Source: Alkalispirochaeta sp. (GTDB lineage: Bacteria > Spirochaetota > Spirochaetia > DSM-27196 > Alkalispirochaetaceae). Taken from it: DNA of 64,000 nt. Position numbers and translations under genes: made by a program. Each line of letters opens with the position of its first letter. Within the stretch, counting starts at the first letter, position 1. The DNA is taken from positions 3,200,001-3,264,000 of the forward strand of contig OZ271854.1 of assembly GCA_965601925.1 (NCBI GenBank), read 5' to 3'. This document shows, piece by piece, positions 30,408 to 40,870 of the stretch. The notes beneath the pieces are model-generated. The model made no database searches, was not told where the DNA came from, and saw only the letters and a program-made list of their open reading frames with translations.

Positions 30408-31297
30408 CCACGCACGCAACGTCATTGGCGGATCACTACCATACTCACGAGGGCTATCGTAGGTTCACCCAAGAGCACAGGGACGGTGGGGCCAACGGTA
30501 TTCACTTCATCTTGGCCGATCAGCACGCTCATAACTTTACCGACCCGGCTACTGAAGAGTTGGTTTTGAATCTGTCTTTGAAATCGGACATGTCGTTTCG
30601 GTGGAATATCGGGGATGGTTGGACCGCGGAGCACAGAGTTCGGTCCGGAAGCCTGACTGTTTGCCCCATCGCAACTCAGATTGAGTACGATTGCGGCGGA
30701 GACCATCGAATTCTTATGGTCGCTTGTCCAAAGCGTTATCTGCAGTCTCTCTTGGATGAGTATGGGTTCCGGTCTTTTGATGTCCTGAGCCCGCTCAATA
30801 GTCAGACGATCGTCAATGACGGGTACATCGCGAGAGTCTTGCGGGATATGTGGCATTTCAGTGTTCGCCAAGACTCGGCCGCGCCGATGATGATCGATGG
30901 GATGTGGCAAGCGGTGGTTTCCCAACTGTTGCATCGGGTGCACATCACCACGCAGCGCAAAACAACGGCCCTCGGAGCCCAAGAGATCGACAAGCTGGAC
31001 GCGTTTCTCTTCGATCGCCTCGATACATCGCTTGGAGTCGACGACCTCGCAGCGGTCCTGGCGATGCAGCCCGTGCCCTTCTCGCGCAGTCTCAAGCAGC
31101 GAACCGGTCAGACGCCCTACCAATACGTCCTATCGCGCCGCATCGCCCGCGCGCAGGAACTGCTCGCCGAAGGCGACCTGCCGCTTGCCGAGATCGCCTA
31201 TGCCTGCGGCTTTGCCTCCCAGAGCCACATGACCGACGTGTTCCGCCAAAAGCTGGGCGTCACTCCGGGGCGCTATCGGACCGAGGTGTGTGCGTGA
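30404..31297 (+). CDS. AraC family regulator
   Basis: C-terminal GQTPYQY...LAEIAYACGFASQSHMTDVF; ATG 30404 after AGGAGG. Confidence 0.93.
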   Translation: MTTHATSLADHYHTHEGYRRFTQEHRDGGANGIHFILADQHAHNFTDPATEELVLNLSLKSDMSFRWNIGDGWTAEHRVRSGSLTVCPIATQIEYDCGGDHRILMVACPKRYLQSLLDEYGFRSFDVLSPLNSQTIVNDGYIARVLRDMWHFSVRQDSAAPMMIDGMWQAVVSQLLHRVHITTQRKTTALGAQEIDKLDAFLFDRLDTSLGVDDLAAVLAMQPVPFSRSLKQRTGQTPYQYVLSRRIARAQELLAEGDLPLAEIAYACGFASQSHMTDVFRQKLGVTPGRYRTEVCA

Positions 31298-31738
31298 GGC
31301 TCGTTCCGCTTTACTAAAGGTGTCGTCGTCCCGGCGTACCGACGCGTTGAGGCTACTGCGGCGATCGGGGTGACGGTCGGCCCGCGTGACCCGGCAACGT
31401 GGCATACGGCTTGTCTCCGTCACCCGGCGGATGCCGCACTCCCGATTCATCGAAAACGACACGATGAGGGCCGCAACGGAATTCAGAACTCCGCCGGTAA
31501 ATCCGGAATACGGCCCACCTGGATCGCTCTACACTCCCTCATAACATCAAACCCGGTCGTCGAGGACGCGCGATCGACAATCCGGAAAGGAGACGAGATG
31601 GATGTACGAAACGGTGTGTAGCGTCGTGTTTGACGACGAATCTTCGGCCTACAGCCGGTTGAACGACCGCCCGATGCGGGATGGGCCGCGGGTTTCATTC
31701 TCAGAGCAATCGGCAACAGAGAAACAGGAGGAAAAGAG

Positions 31739-32236
31739 ATGACGGACAGCACAGGCGTACCGCCGGAACCGGTGTTTGATCGCGTGCATCACGTCGGCAT
31801 AAACGTATCTGATCTCGATCAATCGGTCGGCTTTTACCGCGACCTCTTGGGTGTCGAGCCACTGTTCGTGAACGACATGCGCGGCGGTGGACTCGCACGC
31901 GGCGCCGGTGTCGACGACCCGGATCTGCGCTTTTGCCTGATGAAAATTTCGAACGTCGTTTTGGAGCTCATCGAGTGGCGCTCGCCGCGCAGCGAACCGC
32001 CTCAGGCCGGCGCGCCGTTTGTCGGCGGGTTTCACATCGCGTTCGAAGTGGACGACATCGAAGCGGTTCACAAGAGGCTCAAGGAGCGAGGCGTCGAGAC
32101 GGTCGCGCCGCCCCACCGCTTCGACGTGGACGATGAGTCGCCCGCCATGATTGGGGCGCAGTTTGCGTACTTCTCCGATCCCGACGGCATTGGGCTTGAG
32201 ATTTTCCAGAAGCGTTCGCGCTTCAACGACTACTAA
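31739..32236 (+). CDS. VOC/glyoxalase family protein
   Basis: HHVGINVSD, LELIE, HIAFEV, DPDGIGLE. Confidence 0.9.
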   Translation: MTDSTGVPPEPVFDRVHHVGINVSDLDQSVGFYRDLLGVEPLFVNDMRGGGLARGAGVDDPDLRFCLMKISNVVLELIEWRSPRSEPPQAGAPFVGGFHIAFEVDDIEAVHKRLKERGVETVAPPHRFDVDDESPAMIGAQFAYFSDPDGIGLEIFQKRSRFNDY

Positions 32237-32259
32237 TGTGATATGCAAGGAGCAAAGCA

Positions 32260-32799
32260 ATGAGCAATGAACTAAAGGGACGTAACGTGGCCATCCTGTC
32301 TGCCATCGGTGTCGAGCGGGTAGAGTTGGAACGGCCGAAGGATTCGTTAAAGGATGCGGGAGCAAACGTGACGGTCATCTCCCTGGACGGCAGTCCCATC
32401 CGCATGTTCGATTTTCCCGAATGGTCGGGCGAAACGGCGGCCGACGCCGCTTTGGAGGACGTCACGCCGGCGGAGTTCGACGCGCTCTACATTCCCGGCG
32501 GTATTGTCAATCCCGACATCCTGCGCGCCAACCTCGACGCCGTCGCCTTTGTCCGGTCGTTCTTCGACGCCGGCAAGCCGGTGGCCTCAATGTGTCACGG
32601 CCCATCGGTGCTGGTGACCGCCGGGGTCGTGAACGGTCGGCGCGTCGCTTCATGGCCGTCGATCAAAGCCGATCTCGTTGCCGCCGGTGCGATCTGGACC
32701 GACGAACCGGTGGTCGTAGACGGTCAACTCGCGACGGCGCGCAACCCCGGCGATATCCCGAAGCTCAACGAACGCCTCAAGACCCACTTTGCCGCTTGA
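32260..32799 (+). CDS. PfpI/DJ-1 family protein
   Basis: GVERVEL, FDALYIPGG, MCHG nucleophile, ARNPGD. Confidence 0.93.
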   Translation: MSNELKGRNVAILSAIGVERVELERPKDSLKDAGANVTVISLDGSPIRMFDFPEWSGETAADAALEDVTPAEFDALYIPGGIVNPDILRANLDAVAFVRSFFDAGKPVASMCHGPSVLVTAGVVNGRRVASWPSIKADLVAAGAIWTDEPVVVDGQLATARNPGDIPKLNERLKTHFAA

Positions 32800-33133
32800 C
32801 GTCGGTGGAGACCGTGGGAGTACGAGGCGTAGCCGCGGCCCGTTTCGGGTCGCGGTGCTCTTGTGGAGCGATGGTTCACCGCGAGCGCACGTGCCCGGGC
32901 GGCAACTCGGGCGCGAGCGCCCAACGCTGCGTCGGTGGACGGCGACGATCCAGCGGGCCTTTCCGCCACACAAGTGTGAAACCGGGTGTAAGGAGCTCCG
33001 CGACACCGGTGACATTGAGTGGGGGTTCGCCGGCTCGGTGTAGTTGATCGTACGGATCCCAGAGCTTCGTAGTATACTCATTGCGCGCGTCGGAGGCGGC
33101 GCGCGTATCGAACTCGACTCGTAGGGGGCGTCA

Positions 33134-33484
33134 ATGACACAACATCGAATATTCTCGATGCCGTTCGCTACGGTCTATCCGATGTATGTTCAGAAAGCGG
33201 AGCGCAAGAACCGCACGAAAGAGGAGGTCGACCGGATCATTTGCTGGCTAACGGGCTATGATCGGACCGGGCTGAAACAGCAGATCGAGCGGCGTAATGA
33301 TTTTGAGACGTTCTTCGCCGAAGCCCCGGCACTTCATCCAAACAGCTCACTGATCACGGGCGTCGTGTGCGGTGTGCGGGTCGAAGATGTAGAAGAGCCT
33401 CTTTTGCGAAAGATACGCTATCTGGACAAGCTCATTGACGAGCTCGCGAAGGGAAAGGCGATGGAAAAGATCCTGCGAACGTAG
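33134..33484 (+). CDS. DUF2200 family protein
   Basis: [36 protein letters not shown]. Confidence 0.88.
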   Translation: MTQHRIFSMPFATVYPMYVQKAERKNRTKEEVDRIICWLTGYDRTGLKQQIERRNDFETFFAEAPALHPNSSLITGVVCGVRVEDVEEPLLRKIRYLDKLIDELAKGKAMEKILRT

Positions 33485-33717
33485 TCGCAAAAGGAAAACG
33501 ACCCCGGTAAGGCAACGTCGAGGGAGTCTCCGGCGCGAGCCGGGCTTGTCGACGAGCACACGTTGTTCCTTCAGCCGTTTGTAACGGGAGCCGGCAGGCC
33601 GCTTTTTGTGCGGGGACGAAAATACCCTGGAGCGGGCCGAGGTCAAGGAGCCGGATCGGGCGTGCTGCTGCTCCACATCGGGTTGAGGCATGACGCTTCG
33701 GCGATTGCCTTCAACTG

Positions 33718-34323
33718 CTATATCGACTTCGCCATCCTGAACAGGACTTTGGGAACCGCCGACAATCGCGGCCATCCGGAGACGACGCTGAACCCGAAGC
33801 GTTCGTACACGCCGATGGCGTTCTTGTTCTTGGCGGCGACATCGAGGGCAAATCGGTTTGATCCGCTTGCCCGTGCCCGATCTTCCATGGCGGTAAGTAA
33901 CGCAGAGCCGATCCCGCAGCCTCGATACTCCTTATCGACCCCGATGTAGTGCAGGTAGAAATCTCCCGCATCGTGGGTCCTGAGCGTCCGAAACAGAGCA
34001 GCAAAGAGAAATAGCGAGGCCGCCGTGCGGAGCGCTCTCCGACCGGCCGCCCGCTTCAGCGCCCGATCGGAGAAGCGGTGATACGCCTCCGCGGTGTATC
34101 CCGAGGCGATCCCGACGACGACGCCGTCAAGTTCCGCAACGATGGTATTGCGGTGGGAGAGGTCGTTGTCCGGTTGCAGGTAGGTGGCGGCGATAATCTC
34201 TTCGGGCCGTCGGCCGAGCATGTAGCGGAAGAGGCCTTCCGTGATTTCCATGACGAAGCGGGCGAACAGCCGCCCCTCTTCAATCTTCGGTTCTGCGGCG
34301 CGAATGACCAACCCTTGTTTCAT
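33718..34323 (-). CDS. GNAT acetyltransferase
   Basis: VDKEYRGCGIG, NKNAIGVYERFGF. Confidence 0.9.
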   Translation of the reverse strand: MKQGLVIRAAEPKIEEGRLFARFVMEITEGLFRYMLGRRPEEIIAATYLQPDNDLSHRNTIVAELDGVVVGIASGYTAEAYHRFSDRALKRAAGRRALRTAASLFLFAALFRTLRTHDAGDFYLHYIGVDKEYRGCGIGSALLTAMEDRARASGSNRFALDVAAKNKNAIGVYERFGFSVVSGWPRLSAVPKVLFRMAKSI

Positions 34324-34418
34324 GACACCCTCCGTCGACTTCGTCGGCACCACGAAATGATCGGGCCCGATCGTCTCATCCCGGAAGATCGCCGACGGAC
34401 CGACCCGCAGCGACGATT

Positions 34419-35003
34419 CTACGTCAACGATCGGCGCATCATCGGTTTGCCGGGGGCGCGGCGTTGCACTTCCACGAAACCGAGGCGTCTGAACGTCGAT
34501 GCAATTCCCGTGTACACGACCGACGGCGACTTGCGTTCTTCCGTGTCGGTGGGATACACCTCCAACGTCTCGGCCCCGTTCTCACGGGCGAACTCCATAG
34601 CCGCTTTTGTCAAAACCGCCGTGAGGCCCCGCCCTCGATATTTCGTTCGGACGACAAAGCACGACAATGACCATACTCCGGCCGTGTCCAACTCCGTCTT
34701 GAAATGGCGCGAGTTTGCCAGGCCCGGCAGCCTCGATCGAACGGTGACGCGACACCAGCCGATCGGCGAGCCGGCGTCATAGACCAATAGCCCCGGTGGC
34801 GGACCGCCTCGGACGATATTCATGAAGAGAGCTTTGTTTTGCGCTGCACGCCCTCCGGCGCATCCGTCGCCCCACGCTTTGCTGGATGGATGAATCCAGT
34901 ACGTGCACCAACAGCCGCCGATTCCGCTCGCGCCCAAAACGGTCTCAAAATCGCCCCAACGATCCGTCGTCAGAGGCTGGACGTCGAATCCATCGATACG
35001 CAC
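34419..35003 (-). CDS. GNAT acetyltransferase (Cys-containing N-terminus)
   Basis: GCWCTYW, WSLSCFVV, YRGRGL, LEVYP, YTG..F..LGF; start approximate. Confidence 0.85.
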   Translation of the reverse strand: MRIDGFDVQPLTTDRWGDFETVLGASGIGGCWCTYWIHPSSKAWGDGCAGGRAAQNKALFMNIVRGGPPPGLLVYDAGSPIGWCRVTVRSRLPGLANSRHFKTELDTAGVWSLSCFVVRTKYRGRGLTAVLTKAAMEFARENGAETLEVYPTDTEERKSPSVVYTGIASTFRRLGFVEVQRRAPGKPMMRRSLT

Positions 35004-35197
35004 GATGCACTCTCCCGGCGCCACCGCGGTACATTCGCTCCGTGAAACGGTCGCTGATAATCGTGCGGTGAGTCGGCCCATTATACCACGTTCCCCGACG
35101 CGGCTCACCATAATCCGGCATGTGCTGCGAGTCGTGGTTGACCCGGTGCCGGACGGCGTCGCGTGATCGAGTTGCGGTTTTCTGATAGGCTGACCGG

Positions 35198-35965
35198 ATG
35201 ATCATTCCGCGCTGGCGTGTCCGCCGCCTCGGTTCGATTGCGGGGGTCCTGCTGCTTCTATCCGGAGTGTCCGGCAACGGTTATGGGAACGACACCTATT
35301 TCTATCTTGCCGGCGGAACGCTCCACCCCTCGGTCGATCGGTCGGTGCCGGTGGAAATGCGATCCGAGTCTATTCACCTCACCCTCTATGAGGATTTCTA
35401 CGACGTTACCGTAGATTTCGAGTTTTTCAATCGAAGTGATCGCAGCCATCGGCTCCTTGTCGGCTTCCCCATCATGACCGCCGGCACCCATGGACAGGGG
35501 GAGATATCACGGTTTCAAGCGTGGACCAACGGCGTTCAGGTCGATGCGGAGCGGACCCCCGTCGCCCGCCGGTGGGGCTTAGAGAACAACATATCAAGTG
35601 CGTGGACACGATCCGTCGAATTTGGGGAATCGACTGTAACCACCACGAGCGTTGTGTACCGATCGACGTACGGGAGAGCCGCACCGTCTGACTTCGTGGC
35701 CGTCTATCTGTTCGGTACCGGCTCGGTGTGGGCCGACTCGATCGGTCACATGGAGCTGCGAGTCACGAATTACAGCGATCGATGGCTGTACGACGTCCGG
35801 TGGGGACGAGAAGGGGCCTTTCTCGAACCGGTCGAGTGGGTCGATGAGACGACCTTTCGCATCGTTCTCGACGATCATGAGCCCCATTTCACGGACACGT
35901 TTCGCTTTCATTTCGGCCCCGCTCTCTTCGATCGCATTATAGCGGAGGAGCACCGTCGGCGTTAG
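35198..35965 (+). CDS. Secreted protein, DUF4424-like
   Basis: Signal peptide, then ND...GG...VEMRSE, F.N...VGFP, Y...TG..W...IG pattern. Confidence 0.55.
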   Translation: MIIPRWRVRRLGSIAGVLLLLSGVSGNGYGNDTYFYLAGGTLHPSVDRSVPVEMRSESIHLTLYEDFYDVTVDFEFFNRSDRSHRLLVGFPIMTAGTHGQGEISRFQAWTNGVQVDAERTPVARRWGLENNISSAWTRSVEFGESTVTTTSVVYRSTYGRAAPSDFVAVYLFGTGSVWADSIGHMELRVTNYSDRWLYDVRWGREGAFLEPVEWVDETTFRIVLDDHEPHFTDTFRFHFGPALFDRIIAEEHRRR

Positions 35966-36094
35966 GTGAATATCGATTCGCGCGGACGCGTGTTCCGGCC
36001 TGGTGCACGTGGGGATCGCGGGTCGAAGGGCCACCGCCCGTTCCGTTTTTTCGTTCTCTCTCCACAGGGACATCCCGAGCTTGGATGGCCGGGG

Positions 36095-36196
36095 TTGGAA
36101 AAGATGGTATCGAATCTCGCTGAACGATACCCCGTTGATCCATCGAGGATCTATGCGGCCGGGATCAGTTTCTGCGCAAGTGCGTATGGGACATGA
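36095..36196 (+). pseudogene. Fragment of a PHB-depolymerase/esterase-like hydrolase
   Basis: 'LAERYPVDPSRIYAAGIS' resembles the pre-nucleophile segment, but similarity ends before GxSxG is complete. Confidence 0.45.
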
Positions 36197-36526
36197 TCGG
36201 AATGTCCGGGAATGACGCGCCGGTGGCGGCGGCACTTCGATCGCCGGATATCTACCGGACGAGCGCTTTGAGCGTTATGTCGATGAGTGGGGACACGGAT
36301 TCGGCGCCGTCCCCTTCCGGGCGTTCCACGGATCTCCACACAAGAACGGAGCCCGACTTCACTCCGTTGCGGGAGTCGATTTATCACCGGATGCTGCAGT
36401 ACCGCCGGGTACCGTCCGACCCTCGGTGGAACGGGTATCGACGTCGGTTCTGCATTACGCTCGCGCCGTTCCTTGGTCAATCCGCGAATTGTTTGCTACC
36501 ATACGACCAATAGGCAAGGGGGTCGT

Positions 36527-37285
36527 ATGGCTGCGCACTACGACGCTATCGGCACTACGTATTCGATAACGCGTGGTACCGACCCATACATAGCGAGCCG
36601 TCTCTACGCCGAACTACGCGGGGCGACCCGGATCGTCAACATAGGCGCCGGAACCGGATCATATGAACCGGATAACGTGGAGTTAGTGGCGGTAGAACCG
36701 TCTTCGAGAATGATCGCGCAAAGGAAACGCGATTCTCACAAAGTCGTGCAAGCGTCTGCGGAGGCGCTACCGTTCGAGGCGGGTACTTTTTCCCACGCCA
36801 TGACGGTGCTTTCCATCCATCACTGGGAGGACAGACCGCTGGCGTTTCGTGAAATACGTCGCGTGACCACGGAAAAGTTCGTCGCTGTTACGTGGGATCC
36901 TCAATCCGATCCGTTTTGGCTCACCAGGGACTACTTTCCGGAAATCCACGAAACGGACAAGCTGATATTCCCCACATTGGAGGAGTTTAAGCGCCATTTT
37001 GACGACGTCATCGTGCACCGATTGCCAATACCGAGCGATTGCAAAGACGGGTTTCTCGCCGCCTTTTGGAAGAGGCCGGAGGCGTATCTGAGTAGTACGG
37101 TACGGCAGTCGATGTCTCCATTTTCCTCCGTCGAGAAGCTGTCGGTCGGCCTGCAAAAGCTGAGAGAAGATCTCGCGAGCGGCGTCTGGGCACAAACAAA
37201 TCGCGCCATCCTGGGCGTACCGTCCTTGGACGTCGGGTACCGAATAATCTCCGCCACGGTGAGAAGGGGTAGCGACGCGCGGTGA
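36527..37285 (+). CDS. Class I SAM-dependent methyltransferase
   Basis: VNIGAGTG, AVEPS, AEALPF, IHHW. Confidence 0.9.
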   Translation: MAAHYDAIGTTYSITRGTDPYIASRLYAELRGATRIVNIGAGTGSYEPDNVELVAVEPSSRMIAQRKRDSHKVVQASAEALPFEAGTFSHAMTVLSIHHWEDRPLAFREIRRVTTEKFVAVTWDPQSDPFWLTRDYFPEIHETDKLIFPTLEEFKRHFDDVIVHRLPIPSDCKDGFLAAFWKRPEAYLSSTVRQSMSPFSSVEKLSVGLQKLREDLASGVWAQTNRAILGVPSLDVGYRIISATVRRGSDAR

Positions 37286-37299
37286 TCGATTTCCGACGA

Positions 37300-37547
37300 T
37301 TGACTACCTTGGACGGTTCCAATACCATACGATAACTACACGCATAGACAGGGAGTTGCCGATCCGGAGTAGCCGCGTTATGAACGGCGAGGCCGGAACC
37401 GATGAGAATCGCATTCAAACCTACTCGTTCGTTACTACGGAAGGTAGGCGTTGTATACGTGGTTCTTTTCGGCATGCTCAATCTCTGATCGTCTTATTTC
37501 ACGTCGACAACGCCGCCTCTTCTCTTTGATTTCTACAGGAGGCACAT
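37300..37547 (+). promoter_or_regulatory. Promoter and structured leader (candidate translational attenuator)
   Basis: TTGACT-17 bp-TACCAT; uORF 37402-37488; alternative pairings involving the SD at 37537-37543. Confidence 0.55.
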
Positions 37548-38345
37548 ATGGTGATCACCGATGATCACAAGGCGTCCCTCGATTCATTGTTTCATCTCAT
37601 ACGGGTGCGTAATATCAATCCGGGGTCGGGGGGACGAGAAAAGGTCGAACAGATAACTGCGTATCTCGGCATAATCAACAGCTTCGTGCGAAAGCTATCG
37701 ACGAAGCGCACGCTTTTCTTTGTCGACAGCGCCGCCGGGAACTGCTACTTGAGTTTTCTGGCCTATCACTACTTCCGCAATCTCCAGGGGCGCACAGTCG
37801 CGATTCACTGCATCGACTCAAACGGTCGGCTCATGGCGAGAAACGCAGATCTTGCGGAGCGACTCGGCTTCACCGACATGACGTTTCAAACCGGCGACAT
37901 ATTGGAGTACTCACCGGCCGGGGAGGTCGACGTTTCCTACTCGCTCCACGCGTGTGATACCGCCACGGACAAGGCGCTGTGGCTCGGAGTGCGTTCGAAT
38001 GCAAAATGCATCCTCTCCGTATCGTGTTGTCAGCACTCAGTGAACCGGCGATTTCGAAATAGAGCGGTGAAGGGCGTGACGCGGTACCGAGCGCTGAAGG
38101 ATCGACTCTTGTACCTGGTCGCCGATGCCATGCGGGCACACTTGGTGGAGATGCAGGGATACACGACCGATATTTTCGAGTTTACGTCCTCGCGGAATAC
38201 GGACAAGAACGTCATGATCCGCGCCGTCAGGACCGGAAATGCGGCGGCGCCGAGGCGTCTGGAGATCGAGTATGATGAGCTGCGCAGAGGATTCAATATT
38301 GAACCGGCGCTGTCGAACTTGCTTCACACGTACGGGCGCCGATGA
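37548..38345 (+). CDS. SAM-dependent methyltransferase (Methyltransf_32-like)
   Basis: VDSAAGNCYLSF, SLHACDTATD, SCCQH, TDKNVMI. Confidence 0.85.
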   Translation: MVITDDHKASLDSLFHLIRVRNINPGSGGREKVEQITAYLGIINSFVRKLSTKRTLFFVDSAAGNCYLSFLAYHYFRNLQGRTVAIHCIDSNGRLMARNADLAERLGFTDMTFQTGDILEYSPAGEVDVSYSLHACDTATDKALWLGVRSNAKCILSVSCCQHSVNRRFRNRAVKGVTRYRALKDRLLYLVADAMRAHLVEMQGYTTDIFEFTSSRNTDKNVMIRAVRTGNAAAPRRLEIEYDELRRGFNIEPALSNLLHTYGRR

Positions 38346-38474
38346 CGAGCGGAGTCGGCGTTAATGGTCCCGGCTGTACCGACGCGCGAGTACCCCGCCT
38401 CCGGAGAGTCGGCAATCTCTCCGATGACACGTGGAGACGCGATCGGGTATATATATCGTAGGAAGGAGACGACG

Positions 38475-38903
38475 ATGCGACCAGCGACAGCGGTTATCCG
38501 GGTAGTGGTATTCTCAGCGATCGCTCTATGCGCGGTCTCGTACGTCGGTGCACAGACCGACACAGCGGCCGAATCCCACGGTCCGCGCACCGACGGTATC
38601 TACTTCTTCCCCGCCCCCGGCGTAGGCGGCGACTACCTGCGTTTTTTTCAAGACGGTTCGGTCATTGCCGCGACTATCTTCGAACCGCCGGACGCCGTTG
38701 CGACCAACTTCGGGCCGGATGCGGCCGAGTTGGTCGGCGCGTATGTGATAACGTCGCCGTCGACGGTCGAGTTCGTGACCGCGTCGGAGGAGTTCACCGT
38801 GGAGTCGGAGGCCGAAGTGCTCGCCGACGGGCTCGTCGTACGTAGCCACAGCCTCACCAACGGCTTTCGTGCCGAGCGTGAGTACACCTTCGTACCTTTT
38901 TAG
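38475..38903 (+). CDS. Secreted hypothetical protein
   Basis: AGGAG SD, signal peptide, YLRFFQDGSV beta-rich body. Confidence 0.65.
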   Translation: MRPATAVIRVVVFSAIALCAVSYVGAQTDTAAESHGPRTDGIYFFPAPGVGGDYLRFFQDGSVIAATIFEPPDAVATNFGPDAAELVGAYVITSPSTVEFVTASEEFTVESEAEVLADGLVVRSHSLTNGFRAEREYTFVPF

Positions 38904-38950
38904 GGGAGCGAAGGTGTGAGCGATCTCGACGAGCCTGCCGATAACCGACC

Positions 38951-39907
38951 GTGAGGATTGACCGGCTCTTTTCCCTGGTAGTGCTCCTGCTCGATAAGAG
39001 TATCGTGAGTTCTCGGGAACTGGCACGCCGATTTGAGATTTCATCCCGCACCATTCAGCGGGACATGGATTCTCTCAGTCGCGCCGGTATCCCCATCTAT
39101 TCGCTTCCCGGCCCGGCCGGCGGCTACGGCATCATGGACAGCTTCAAACTCGATCACAGACTCATGACGCAAGCAGACTTTCTCACGATCCTCACGGCGC
39201 TCAAGGGCGTTGAAAGCTCCTTCGGCGACCGGCGATTTCAAGGCACGTTCGAAAAGATCCAAAGCGTCATACCGACTTCCTCGAAGGCTCTGTTTGCCCA
39301 ACGCGAAGAGAAGATGGTGCTCGATTTCAGTCTAATAGGTGGAAATGAAGAGGCGCGGAAAAAGCTTCGTACGATCGAAGAGTGCATCGACTCCACCCGA
39401 AAGGTCCGCTTTTTCTATACAAACCATACATACGAGTCGGTGTACCGGACGGTCGAACCGATGACGCTCGTGTTCCAATGGCGCTCTTGGTACCTCTTCG
39501 GGTTCTGCTGTCTCAAACTGGATTATCGACTGTTCAGACTTGGGCGTATGCGCGATATCGAGTCTACGGACGAACACTTTGCGCGGAGGAGCAAGAGCTT
39601 TCGCGCCTTCTCTTTGGAGAATCCTACGTTTAACCATCCAAACCTCGTCGAGGTGACGCTCCGTTTTCACCCCTCCGTCAAACCGATGCTTGAGGAGTTC
39701 TACGCTCCCCACGAACGGCAGGAAGATGCGGAGGGCTACACGACCGTCCGTTTTACGCAGCCGGAAGAGCAGCGACTATACGGATACATTCTGAGCTTCG
39801 GTGAACACGTAGAGGTTCTGTCACCGCACCGTCTGCGTGAGATCATACGACTAAGGGCACAAAAAATCGCCGGAATTTATACCGCATCGCATAATGACGA
39901 CACATAG
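38951..39907 (+). CDS. YafY-like HTH-WYL-WCX regulator
   Basis: ELARRFEISSRTIQRD, GGYG, RTVEP, WYL, RLFRLGRM, VLSP. Confidence 0.94.
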   Translation: MRIDRLFSLVVLLLDKSIVSSRELARRFEISSRTIQRDMDSLSRAGIPIYSLPGPAGGYGIMDSFKLDHRLMTQADFLTILTALKGVESSFGDRRFQGTFEKIQSVIPTSSKALFAQREEKMVLDFSLIGGNEEARKKLRTIEECIDSTRKVRFFYTNHTYESVYRTVEPMTLVFQWRSWYLFGFCCLKLDYRLFRLGRMRDIESTDEHFARRSKSFRAFSLENPTFNHPNLVEVTLRFHPSVKPMLEEFYAPHERQEDAEGYTTVRFTQPEEQRLYGYILSFGEHVEVLSPHRLREIIRLRAQKIAGIYTASHNDDT

Positions 39908-39917
39908 CTGTCGTCAT
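39894..39917. promoter_or_regulatory. Putative WYL-regulator binding site
   Basis: Perfect 9-bp inverted repeat ATGACGACA-6 nt-TGTCGTCAT upstream of the hydrolase. Confidence 0.65.
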
Positions 39918-39962
39918 CGTCGTTGTACCATCGAGCCATATGCAACTCCAGGAGGATGTAAT

Positions 39963-40736
39963 ATGAGCGGACGCGGACATCATCTGCGCGTCGATGGTGC
40001 GGATATCTATTACGAAGTGTCGGGTAACCTCACGGGTAAGCCGCTCGTGATGCTGCACGGCGGGTTGGGGTGTATGTACGACTTGGACGGCATGCTCGAG
40101 TACATTCCGCCACACTACATGATCGTATCCGTCGACTTTCGCGGCCACGGCAAATCGGCGCTCGGTACCGAGCCTCTGAGTTACGCCCGATACCAAGAAG
40201 ACATCGAACACCTGTTGGCGCATCTAAATATCGATGCCTACTCGCTCTTCGGCTTCAGCGACGGAGGCATCGTGGCGTACCGGATTGCGGCGGCCGACGC
40301 AGGACCGGTGGAGCGACTCATTACCGTAGGGGCTCAATGGCGCTTGGAACCGGGCGATCCTTCCTTCGACGTGTTACGGAGCGTGACGGCCGATTTTTGG
40401 GCGGAGCAATTTCCGGACGACGTCTCGCGGTACAACGAATCAAACCCGCATCCGGACTTCTCCCTGCTGGTGGAGAGGGTCAAAGACGTTTGGCTGGATA
40501 CGTCAGCCTCCGGGTATCCGAACACATCGGTCGAAGCCATTGCGTGTCCGACGTTGGTCATACGCGGCGACAACGACTTTTTACTCTCCCGTCGCGAGGC
40601 CGGACGGCTGGTTGAGAGACTCGCCGATTCGAGCTTCATGAATGTTCCGTTTACGGAACACGAGGCCCACAAGGAGTACCCCGAGGTCGTCGGTGCGGTC
40701 GTGAACAGATTCCTGTCCGCCGGCACACGCGGATGA
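39963..40736 (+). CDS. Alpha/beta hydrolase
   Basis: LHGG, DFRGHGKS, GFSDGG nucleophile, GDND, late His. Confidence 0.92.
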   Translation: MSGRGHHLRVDGADIYYEVSGNLTGKPLVMLHGGLGCMYDLDGMLEYIPPHYMIVSVDFRGHGKSALGTEPLSYARYQEDIEHLLAHLNIDAYSLFGFSDGGIVAYRIAAADAGPVERLITVGAQWRLEPGDPSFDVLRSVTADFWAEQFPDDVSRYNESNPHPDFSLLVERVKDVWLDTSASGYPNTSVEAIACPTLVIRGDNDFLLSRREAGRLVERLADSSFMNVPFTEHEAHKEYPEVVGAVVNRFLSAGTRG

Positions 40737-40870
40737 ACCGTCGTGACCCGCTCCGGTAAAGCGAGCGCGTCGAACGGGAGCGTCGCAATGAGACGGTCGG
40801 GAGGACGAGGGAAGGGGTATGCTTCTCATGCAGGACCTCATATGATGGTCGCGATGAAAGGAGCGCGCTG

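Noticed and set aside
32800..33130. GC-rich hairpins as an ncRNA or REP family
   Set aside because: No recognisable RNA motif and no second copy found in the window
38951..39907. WYL (BrxR/CapW-type) anti-phage island
   Set aside because: YafY-type architecture and no defence genes nearby
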